From assembly GCA_051294905.1 (NCBI GenBank), contig CM119372.1:10852001-10916000 (forward strand): DNA of 64,000 nucleotides. Reading direction: 5' to 3'. The notes beneath the pieces were generated by a model. The model made no database searches and had not been told where the DNA came from. It saw only the letters and a list, made by a program, of their open reading frames with translations. The stretch comes from Botryllus schlosseri. Taxonomy: Eukaryota. The position numbers and the translations under genes are program-made. How positions within the stretch are numbered: the first letter of the stretch is position 1; each line of letters opens with the position of its first letter. This document shows, piece after piece, positions 41,749-54,200 of this stretch.

Positions 41749-42000
41749 TTATAGCTCATTCATAAGGGGAAATGGATCGCGCAACAAGCGAGCCAAATGC
41801 GACCAGTTGGCGTAGGTAACAATTGTTCAACCCACGAAATTGATGATTAATTTACTTTATGGTGGTCCATGCAAACGATTCCACGTGTTCATCATAACCT
41901 TTATATTTTGGCAACACTCTACGTTTTGGGTCTATTTCTAGTAATGTACGCAACGAAACAGCACTGCGTTTGTACCTATTTGCTTCCACATAGCAAACAC

Positions 42001-42220
42001 TCACACTGTATCCTCCTGACAAAGAATCCTGTTTGCGAGACAACAAATTCCCACGAATGTGTCGGGTCCGATGGCAATGTCGGACTGTGACTCTGATGCT
42101 TTTGCCGCATTTAGACCAGTACCGAATCCCAGAAGTCCGCAAATTTTCTCCATCAGTGCAGGGGAGAGTTCGACAAATAACTTTTCCATGGCAGCACCAA
42201 CGTCTTTCAGTGACAATTGT
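42001..42220 (-). CDS. Minus-strand gene probable last coding exon (RQLSLKDVGAAMEKLF...ILCQEDTV*)
   Basis: tttgctgttacag|A completes the phase-2 codon and is in frame with ORF 42001-42216. Confidence 0.55.
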
Positions 42221-45200
42221 CTGTAACAGCAAACGGGATCGCTTCAAAGCCCGAAGAAGGCCAAAAGCTGGTACAGATACAGAATGATACAGGGTTGTAT
42301 TATGACTCCAGTCGTAATTTACCGGCGACTCGACGTGACTCTTGTCCTTTTCTTAAATTTGGAAAATAACTCTACTTGTACTAGACCAGTGCTCTTCAAC
42401 CTTTTTCGTCGTGGTACACCCTTTTAACGTTTACTCGAAACTCGTACACCCCTGACCACATAACGCACGGATTCCGTATAGTAGGCCTAATTCAGAGGTG
42501 CTCAACCTGTTTTCTATTCACCGCCGTATTGCAACATATAAATAGCATCTAACAGCCGCATTCCGGTGGAGAGTCTCATGACCCGTCTGGACGTCATATA
42601 CTCATGTTAAATTGGCTACTGGGAACTTTGCACCGTGGAGAGTCCGTGTTGGGTTCTGTGCCATCACTGATTTCTTGAGATATACCTTGCTTAAAAAAGT
42701 TTTTAATTGTAGCAGCAGATCACCCCCGCAGGCTTACTATCTATGCACGATAATCGCGAGTATAAATTCCAGTATAGCGCGAAAAGATTTCCCACCTTGA
42801 AAATTAATTTCGTCTATTGGTTGCTTCAAATATTACTGACAAATATTTATCCATTCTTAGCCCACGTGATCAGATTAACCGGTAGAGCGGATGGAGGGGA
42901 CATCTTCGACAAATTTGGGCACGAAATTAATGATGATGCATCTACCAGTTTTTATTAATCACTTTGTTGCATGATGCTGTTTTTTAACCTCCCATCCGGA
43001 TTGAAGCCATAGTCGAAATATAATCGCCCAAACGTATACCAGAATAACCTTCATTCGCGAGACGCACACGATTCCGACTTGGTATTTCTTTTACGGGATG
43101 CATCATTTTCCTTAGCGGTTCGCATTTGTACGGTGGGGCTCAGATTACACCATTATATTAAAAACGAGTCATCCAAGTCCCCCTGAATCGCGTTAAGAGT
43201 GAACAAAATCTTCAAGTTGAATTAAAACTCTCAAAGATTTTTGAGCCTATTCGTTGATTCAAATAGCATAATGACGGCGGCCAACACACGCTAATTTATT
43301 TATGTGTAGAGGGCCGCAAATTTTGGGTTACCGCAGGGGCGGGTTACTTTTCCAGTCGGCTGGCCGGATATGGAAAAATGAAGTACTTGGCGGTCCAGAT
43401 TCTTGAATCTATAAATTATACGCGCATTTATCCACCTAGAAAAGGAATAATCGTATTTAATGTAAACTTTCAGTTTGAAGCATAGAGACCAAAACAACAT
43501 TCAATGAATTTAATAACGTAATGCACTTTAATAGCTGTTCATGTCAATGAGACAGCTGTGGTCGATCAAAATTGCGCACAGGTTCTTTGAATTCTGGCTG
43601 CATTACGGACACAAAGAAAAGAAAGAACTAAAGAATAACTAACAATCACTAATATATGTGACAAAAATGAAGAAAAAAATACCCTACAGTCACTATAATG
43701 TGACGTAGTAAGCAAGTAGAGGAAAATTGCGGCAGACTCTGACCGTGGGTGATATTATCATGTTAGAATGCAAACTGTCTGCGGGCCGCTCATAATCATG
43801 TCGTGGGCCGAATGATGGCCGTCCTTGGTTTAACGGCTACATGTGGCCGTATAAGTCTAGCTAGAGGTTGGCCACCTCTGGCCTGTTGAAATAAGGATGA
43901 GCAAGGCTGTAACGAATTATAAATGCCAAATACTATAACCAGGGCTCGAGATTACCGGACCACCATTTAATGAAGTGGTTCTTAAACTCGACTCCCGCGA
44001 CCCGCTGCATGGTTATGCTATGTTATATACACTGCGCTATTTATAAGCATCTCGCAGGAAGTACCAATTCAAAATGTTTGAGCTCAACCAACAACGTTTA
44101 AACAATGAGGAGAAGCATTTGCTTATGAAATTATAAAAGGAATGTAATCTACGAGCTGCGTACAGCTGATATGAATATAGACCAGAGGTCTCAAACACGC
44201 GGCCCGTGACGTCATTTTGGAATTTCAAGTATTCAACAATATATTCAAGTGCCATATATCTTTTTTATATATAAGAGCCAATTTATTCAACTGGAAAATA
44301 GTCTTCGCGCCACGCGCGATTTTATGAGAATGGGCTTTCCGATTTTAATATAGGTACCATCATAAATTGTGTTGAAAATGGACAGGGGCTACGAGAAATT
44401 TTATTGGAAGCACAAGAAGTACGATCGCTCAAAAGGTTAAGAAGCAATGCTATTACTATGGCTCCATAATTATTATATTTCCGTTGTTATTGATATGTTC
44501 CAATAATAATCGAAGACAAAATCTAACGCCTATTTAATTTGACTTTGGCAATGAAAGAAACAATAGCCTATACTTATCACGGCTATATCAATATCAGGAT
44601 TAGGATACACCGCTCAAATGCTCTGATATCAGATCAATCTTCAGGGGATTTTAAAATATTCTACATAAAATCGTGGCTCGTCAAAGGTCCAATAGCTGCG
44701 ATATTAGATCCCTAACAGTTTTACTATTTCGTGATGCATCGTCTTGCATGATGTCTATAACTCATTATTTTAACAAATTAAGCCCGACACAAAAACAATT
44801 TTATTCAAATATTTGAAAATGTGATTTTTTTCGTGTCGAGCGTGAATAGTACAATATAGTTAATTGCATTTTCACGATGTTTGTGGGATGCCTGTCTGCA
44901 AGGTCCTGTCAAATAAGGCCTACTTGGAAATAATACATTGAATATATTATTGATGCTGCGGCCCGCGGCGTCATCAAAAACTAGGAAATTGGCCCGCGAG
45001 CACATTTGAGTTTGAGACGACCTCTGATATAGACAATGGACACTGTATGATATTGCACACCCGGTCAACATGTTCTTAAGCATGTACTTGCCAATTTTTT
45101 GTAATAGCTACAGTCATTGGTCCGTTTCGGATCTGGTACACCCCAGTACACCCCATTTGAGAGGTACACCCTGGGGTATACGATACATCCGGTTGAAGAG

Positions 45201-48200
45201 CCCTGTACTATAAGAGTCATTGCGCATGACTTGACCAAGCAATTCGACTCCGGACATTCTATGTGACTTTATTAAAATCATACACGTTCCTGTTTTGCTG
45301 TATTGCTGCTTTTTGCAATTAGTAAATTAACTGATAGAGTGGTATAGATAAGATATTAGCTCTTAATCGCATGAATTTTATCGTACGACATAATCTACAT
45401 GACATTGGGGCCTCAAATCCATGGGAAATTACCTCTTATTCATTTTATCGTAAGCTGTAAAGACGCGTTTGTAGAATGCTCTCCATGTGCTGCTTACTGA
45501 ACAATATTGAGATATATATTGCACCGGTTTTAAACCTTCCAACTTTCGTAGGTCCATCGGTATCGAAAACCGGATTTCGTATTTGCTGGTAGTATCTTTC
45601 ACACTTGCAGCCTGACAAATATATGATCTCGAGAATTATATGTCAGCTTATCTCTAAAAATGTACTGGGCAAGAACAAACTTTTGGGATTTCCTGACAGG
45701 CGAATGACGTGCAGTCTAGACTCGATAATATCCTGGTTGCAGTGTTCGGTTTGAGGGGAAACGACAACTTGCCCGTGCTGCTTGTTAATACGAAATTGTC
45801 TCCCGGTTTTAATAATTCCTCCTGAAGAAGTCGTCGTCTGGTCCAGGTGTAAAGATCCTGAAGGAAAAACAAAACAAAACATAACATAACATAACAAGTA
45901 ATTCTAGAGCTGTGTAGCATTAACCCCGTCCACTGCCATCTTACATATGGAATAACAGTGTGGGGCTGCTCTTACAAGAAGCATATCAACAAGCTCCAGG
46001 TATTACAAAACAAAGCCATTAGGATTATATCTAGTATACCTGCACGTAGCAGTATCAGTCCTGAATTTAGAAAATTGGGCATTCTCAAGGTCTCGGATTT
46101 GTATGAATTTGAAATTGTAAAAATCATGAAACAATATAATGAAAGAACATTACCTGAATATTTCGACAACTTTTTTCAATGCCCCAATTCAATTCACCAT
46201 TATAACACAAGATTCTCACAGAATCAGTCCCTAGGCCTATTTGTTAAATTGAATTCATCAAGACTGTCAAGAAATTCCCTATCTTATATAGGTGTGAAAT
46301 TTTGGAACAATGTACCAACTTTGTACCGTACTCTTCCTTATCATACATTTAAAGCTCGCTATTGCAAATTTATATTATCCAAGTACTAAGAAGAACATAT
46401 CTCATGACCACAGTGATGTTGTTTGTTGTTTTGATTCATTTAATATGCTACAATAATATTACTACTGTGTACATGGGTCAAATTGTTATTTTCTGATCAC
46501 ACCATAGTGTCCTATATGGTGTCGACACAAGCAAACTGCACGGTTCAATGAAATTGTATCACGTCACAGTTTCCATTTGGCTACAGGCAATTTGACGGTG
46601 ATTTTTGACCGACTTGCCGAGCATTAAATTTGATGAATCAGGTATCAATCGAAAGCTGACGCTGTACTGATTGCGAAAATATAAATTTTATTCCACTCAT
46701 GGCCCTGGAACCCCCACAATCGGCCACAGATTATTCATTGTCGGGTAGATTGACAATGTGACGCAACAATGCTGTCTGGCGAAACGTGAGACTAGCTCAA
46801 GAGCAAGGATGCGGCCGAGCGGTGAGAGTGGGATCAGCTGACGTCGCGGCGATAGCAATGTGCAACCGCGCCACAGACAAAAGCTGCGCTGTTGATACTT
46901 TTTCTATGCGCTTCGGCACAAGCGAGCACACACCAGCCGGGGCCTACGTAGGCCCAGCACGAGCCTTTCCTTGACTTGTAAGGGTAGAACCGGGTCCACA
47001 GAATGTATAGGGCCCTACCAATTTTCGCGTAATAGCCTTCAGCTGATAGAGATATTTCTAGTAAGAAAAATATACTTTCAAGTAATAAGATTCACTCAAG
47101 ACAGCAAATTTAGATAATGTAAATATATCATAGTGTTGAGTTTCACTCTAGTCCCCATAAGCACCACGTCGGTGACCTTGACACCAAATTCCGAGAAGGC
47201 GAAAAAGTACAAACTCTGTTGGGCCGAATGGACAATGGACATTCAGTTATTCAGATGCAACAAAAATAATGCAAATCCGTTTTACGTAAGTTACATTAGG
47301 AATACAAATACAGGCTACAGAATGAATATAATTCAAATGTCTGTAATACCACTGTATTACTTTTTACGCAAAAGGTCCCCGGCATTCAAAAAAACTGTTT
47401 GGTGATTGAAAAATGCTAAACCAAATTCCAACGTCAACGTTTATAGTGATATCAGATATATTCCAGTGAAAAACAAAGGTATGAATTTGGTGGTAACATT
47501 TTGGAATCATTTGGCAGGTATGGCCCGCAAGATTTCTAGTAACGGATTGAATCCGGACAGCGATACCAGTTTAATTCGACACTCCTGCTGTTAAACTTTA
47601 TTCAACAATCAACATTTTACCTGCTGCATTCGCGGACCAAGTCCTACCCATACGGATCAAATAAAAGCTTGTAATGTATGCTCATGCTCAATGCTCCTTG
47701 CTCACACTTAACCACAAAAGCGACTATAGAAAGTATCGACACCCGCCATCAACAGCGGGACGTGTCTCTGGAGCCCTACGCAACAAGCGGGCTAAGGCAA
47801 TCGATATCATAATAGTCTGACATAACCAATGTAGACTACTTAGACGTAGCCTACATATCTCTATCACCTGAAGGATATTTCGCGAAAATTGGTAGGGCCC
47901 TAATACATTCCGTGGACTCAGTTCTACCCTTACAAGTCAAGGAAAGGCTGGTGCGGGGCCTACGTAGGCCCCGGCAGGTGTGTGCTCGTTTGTACCGAAG
48001 CGCATAGAAAAGTATCACCAGCGCAGCGTTCTCATTGGCGCGGTTGCACTATGCACATTGCTCTTGCCGCGACGTCAGCTGATCTCACTCTCGCCGCTCG
48101 GCCGCATCCTTGCTCTTGAGCTAGTCTCACGTTTCGCCAGACAGCATTGTTGCGTCACACTGCCAATCTACTCGACAATGAATAATTTGGTGCTGATTGT

Positions 48201-51200
48201 GGGGGTTCCAGGGCCATGAGTGGAATAAAATTTATATTTTCGCAAGCAGTACAGCGTCAGCTTTCGATTGATACCCGATTCATCAAATTTGATGCTCGGC
48301 TAGTCGGTCAAAAATCACCGTCAAATTGCCTGTAGCCAAATGGAAACTGTGACGTGATACAATTTCATTGAACCGTGCGATTTGCTTGTGTCGACACCAT
48401 ATAGGACACTATGATCACACTGTTAACTATGTAACTATGGTAACCGACGGTTACTAACCGTCCTTCACTAGTGTTGCTGTCTTTTATTTACTTTTGTTTA
48501 TTTCGTTACTCTTTGCGGTGCTACTTGACTGAGAGAAGAAATTGATCCATATTATAATTAATACTGCCAATATGCTTGGGTGACTCCGGCCTAGAAGACT
48601 TCGGTCATATCGGGTCTCCCAGTCTATACCGTGTAAATTATAGTTAGGAAAATTTAAAAAATGTATACTATTGGACGTGAATGTTTGTGGACATTGCCTT
48701 TACTATATTTCATGGTTGACGAATAAAAAGAACTCTCTCTCTCTCTTTCTCTCTCTCGGATTATGGATCGATCTATAGCCAGGCATCGAATGTTTCACCG
48801 CATAGTAGCACAATCAAGTAGTGATGCAAATAGTCTTTTTGTTTTTGTACTTCTCCGTACCTATACAGCTACAGTAATTGACAACAAAAAGTAAGTAAAT
48901 TTACGCAATGGTTCATGATTGTCAATAGTAAAAAATTACATGTAGGCCAATTACACCAAGTAAATCGCTTAGACACACGAAGAGAAAATGCATGGCTTCT
49001 TTGATTAGGAAAAGTAATTTATCAGTCGTCTAGCACAGCAAGCCCTAATTATTATAATTCATAATTATTCCACTATTTTGGAATCGGGTGGCAGAAGTCA
49101 ACATTATGCACACATTATTTTAATTCGGATATATTTCTGTACCACCTCGCACTATTTGGGAGTCGAGTGGCGCAGTTGGTTACGTACTGCCGTCACGACA
49201 CCAACGGAAGTGGGTTCGAATTCCAGTTCTGGCCAACGGAGGTTTCTCTGGGTTCCTCATCGCCGATCTCGCTATTACGGTACTGCATTGAAATGCCAGG
49301 TCTGAAAGTGAGCCGCGCTACAAGCACCTGTGACCACGATTGGGGGTGCATGTTAGTGAGAGAGATTAGAGAGAGAGAGAGAGAGATTGACTGGGAGAAA
49401 AGGATGAAAGCCGTCCCCAAGATTACGAAAAAGCAAAGACACTATACAGAGGTCTCAAACACGCGGCCCGCGGGTCGCATGCGGCCCGCGAGAGCATTTT
49501 GTGCGGCCCGCGACGGGATTTTGGAATTTCAAGTAGCCTATTCGACAATACGTTCCAGTGCCACATATCATTTTTAGATATATGAACTTGAAATTTACCC
49601 TAAAACTACTTTAAAACACTCAAGTCTTTACAAACTACACTATCACATCACTTTTAAAAGCTACCATGCGGTAGAAGATCACCTATTACGTCACATTTCT
49701 AGTTCATGGCGATAAAACATGACCCGATGATGATTCGTGACTGAAATTTGTGATTTGGTTTAGTGCGATCTTTCGTAAAATTACTCGATTTCGGATTGAT
49801 TGGGTGATTAAATAAAACTGACTCGAGTTGAGTCAAGTCAGACGTTAAAATCAGAGAAGGACTTGCGACTCAGAACGGTGACTTGGCAATTTTACGGATG
49901 CAACAATCTATGAAACTGTCATGGGAAATAGTATTAGTAATATATCAAAAGGTCGTAGCTTGCGTTGCCTAGGGTATATATAGCTATCTAATCAGGCCAG
50001 TATGGCAACCATTGGCATGATGTGACCCCCGTGACGTATAGTTGGTTACATGCTAGGTGTTGTCTGGTCTCTTTATCCATGTTATTATTGGTGGTGAGTA
50101 AGGTAGTAGTACGCTCCACAGCTCTAACACCAATGAATTCATCGGCGATTGGACATTTCTATTCCAAGGGTTCTTAACCAGGGTCCGTAGACCCTTTCGG
50201 GGTACGGATCTCAACATCCTGGCGTACGAGATGCATTGTAGAGTTAGGCCTATATGCTGTGGAATACTTTCTTGACCAATTTATTCAACTGAAAAATGGT
50301 CTTGGCACTACGCGCGATTTTACGTGTATGGGCTTTCTAATTTTATTATAGGTACAATCAGAAATTGTGTTGAAAATTAACAGGGGCTACGAGAAATCTT
50401 ATTGGAAGCACGAGGGGTACGCTCGCTCAGGTTAAGAAACAATGCTATTACTATTACTCAATCATGAATATATTAAAGTTTTTATTGATATGGTCTAATA
50501 ATAATCGAAGGCAAAATCGGACGCGGCTTTAATTTGACTTTGGCAATGACATAGTAACTATAGCCTACTTTTCACGACTATCATAACCCGGATTAGGCTA
50601 CACCGCTCAAATGCTCTGATATCAGATCATTCATCAGCAGATTTTAAAATATTCTACATAAAATTGTGGCACGTCAAAGGTCCACTAGCTGCAATATTAT
50701 AACCCGACAGTTTGACGATGTCATGATCAATCTTCCCTCTAATTTTTAACGCATCTGCGGGGCGCACACTCACCAACTCATTGATCAGACCCTTGGACAA
50801 CAGTGCGTAACGACTAAAAAAAGGTCATCATTTCGGATTTTTTGTGTGCAACTTGGATTTTCTGTGAGCAGAGACCTTGTCAGCACTGTGCATTTGCGCA
50901 CGTGCGCAGCTCAGAGGGAACATGGGTCATGATGCATCCTCTCTCATGATGTCTATAACTCATTATTTGAACAAATAATGCCCGGCATAGAAACAATTTT
51001 ATTCAATTATTTGAAAATATGATTTTTTCTGTGTCAAGCGTGAATATTACAATAGTAAATTACATTTTCATGATAATTGTAGAATGCCTGTCTTCAAGTT
51101 CCCGTCAAATAAGACCTACAGCCTACTTGGAAATTCTCCGTTGAATATTGGTGGTGCGGCCCGCGGCGTGATCAAAACTAAGAAATTGGCCCGCGAGCAC

Positions 51201-54200
51201 ATTTGAGTTTGAGACCTCTGCACTATGAGCATTATCACAATTCGTGTCGTGGTAGCACATAGCTTGAAAAAAGCGATAAGCGCCACTGTGTTGTGCCAAT
51301 GGTAATAATAAACTCGTACTATGTGCAATTGAATAGTATATATGCTACATATAAACATTGTGTTTTCTCATAAATATAGGACAATGTTGTAAACCTGAAG
51401 AGATTGATGCAGTTCAAAATCGTTCGAGATAAACTGCGCTTTGAACTTAATTGATACAGTCGCCGATTTCCATTTTTTCGTCTGGAAGTTGGAACGAGTA
51501 GGTGCCTTGCTGGACATAAAACTCTGTAAAGGTAGTAAGGATACAGTTTAGAAGACTTCCGAATATTCTAGAAGTCGCGATCGATACTTGGATTTTCAGA
51601 ATCAACACGACAATTGCATTTGATTAATATCAGTGATCATCAATTCTGATCTATTTACGACGAGTTGCGCTGTTACACACATGTAAGGCTTGGCCGTCTG
51701 TGGCTCATCTGAGCCTTACCTCTCCTTTCGCCGTTTATTTACGAACAATAAATATGAAAAATTCCTTGATTTTGGGAACAAAAATGTTCAAAATCTAGTC
51801 ATTTATAAACATCGATAGAAGATACCAATAACCATTGACGGGTTCACAATTTTCTTCACTCATCCCTGACGACATATGAGGCACTGCCTCACTTGCCTCC
51901 CCTAACCACACGTCACTGACGTATCACACGGTGTGTATGTACTGCTGTAGTGACCATGTTTGGCTCCAACTACCCATGTGGGCAGAAAAATATGGCGTAC
52001 ACTACGAATCTCATATATTAGTGCTACCAATACGTCAAGGATTTTTAGCTATTTCAATCAGCCGTCTCCTTCAAAAAAAGTATAGTGGTGAGGATTGGAC
52101 CATAGAGACTGTAGGCTACAGTCTCTATATTTGGACGATAACCGAGGATGAATTAAGTTTGATATAGGGTATGATAAAGCGGGAAGTGGGCTTTTAATAG
52201 TTATCGGCGAGTGCTTGTGTGATCATTATGACGTCACATACTATACCATAGGCGAATAAATAAGATATTTGTCTTCCAGAATCTAGCATACCTCTGTTTA
52301 CGAGATCCTATAACAGAAAAGACAGGGATTTTTTAAGCTCAGTACTGAAGCAAAGATAAACGTACAGTACAAATTGGTATATATAAATGACGTCGAGATC
52401 TTACTGCGCTTTTAGTGCCAGATGATCTGAATGCGGCCCGCCTGTAATAAAGCTCACTTTTAATCAAAATGACGTTATTTTACAAGTCGATCTCATTTAC
52501 TTTCGCATTTTCTTCAAATTACCCTGGTCGCTCTCAACATCACATCCATCGGGATTGGCATTCGTTGAGGATTGCATCTGCGATCCGTCCTATGGAAAGG
52601 GAAATATAGTTTTGATAGACGTTAGACATACTACATCATGCGAGTATTGAAAAATATATGCGTATCCACATTTGACAAGTTTTCAGAACATTCATTCTCG
52701 TTAGCTATAGTTTGCTGCTTTTCCTAGCTTGCCGACTCGCGTATATAGGAATTGCCCGACGCAACTGCTTTGTAGTTCAGGAAATAGAATACTGTACAAG
52801 AGTGTCGATTGAGACAAAAAGGAAAGCACAACCTTGTTATTCGAAGCATCATCATTAGAAGTTCTTCGGGGTGTCTCCGGAATGATCTCAGTTTCCTCCC
52901 GCTCCGACGCACGCGGCATCATACGCGCTTCGCGAAGATACGCAATTTTCTTTCTTTTCTGTTTTCGTGGATTCACCTAATATCAAGAATGTTGTGGAAT
53001 GTGGGGATAAAGACGCATGATTCTAACATTAGATTATGGAAGCAGCCACCAAGCACCAAACATTGCAAATTCCCAGAATACAGAAAGACAGTGGCCTAAT
53101 ACAAGAATAAATTACGATAATTGCATAATCTCGCCACGAACCATTTCCCACGCAGCTAGAATCTCCCCTATTTCAGCACACACGGAAATAATGAACACAT
53201 AATGATTCCGTTTACATACGTACACGGTACTAAAAGTAAAGTGATTCCTGCAAACAGAATCAATACTCGAGATATCTGCTCATCAGTGCCGTTGGGTATA
53301 GCATGGCGAATGCAACATGAATATAATAGCCTATGCAAAAATCCTCTAGTAAATAGTGATTTAATAGAAAGACTTACTCATTGACACGTGCGTTTAGGGT
53401 TTATTTTCTGTTGTCTGTGAAAGTTACCTACCAATACATGCACATCTGGTCTATGGAGGCTCAGGTCGCAAGATTCCGCGCCATTCTTGTCTGGAATATC
53501 AGCCATGAGTGGATTATCAAAATTTTCAGTTGATTCCGACCGTTTCTTCATTGTTATGGCATCATTTTCTTCGGTTTTGTGAATACACTGGACTGTCGCA
53601 GTCCGACCGACCCGGGCTCTAATTTCGCGACGTTCTTCGACACGACGTTGGCAACAGAAGTGCACAACGCATCTGCCTGTTCATTGTTATCGCATAGTAG
53701 GCAATACGCTAAATAGGAGACGTGGAATATACGGCTTGGGAACGAACCTTTCAAATGTTTGTCGTGCCTTAGTACGGGTCCATTTGACGAATGTAGCAGC
53801 TCTACATAGAAACCGCTTTGTAAAGCTTCTTCCAGGTCCATATTCATAAAATGCTGATAAGTGAAAACAAGAACACGGAAAGGATTAGCATTGCCTCACT
53901 TTGAAACCCTGTCAGCTTTAGTATTAGGTTGTGTCCACCAGTACAGTGTTGTTAGTATTAGGGCAAGTTTTTGTTGCAGTTAAATCCGTGGAAACTTGCA
54001 TTCATTTTTGAAAAAAGTTGAAAAGTTGCAAAAGTTGCATTTTGACCACATTGCTAGGTTGACTGAAAATAAAAGGTCAATTTTCCGGCTCAGCTCCCGA
54101 AATACCCGTAAAAGCGTTACTTCGGTGCTGATTTACGGTGTTTCAGTCGAATTTGGCCGTGTATTTCACCAAAATCGAAAATACTTTCATGAAAAATCGA

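Noticed and set aside
49158..49235. tRNA gene
   Set aside because: Same pattern: a SINE head followed by a non-tRNA body and a (GA)n tail.
51716..51918. Additional minus-strand exon ending at GAG|gtaagg (51720)
   Set aside because: All phases from the nearest acceptor contain stops, and the region resembles a GAGGCA-type MITE fragment.
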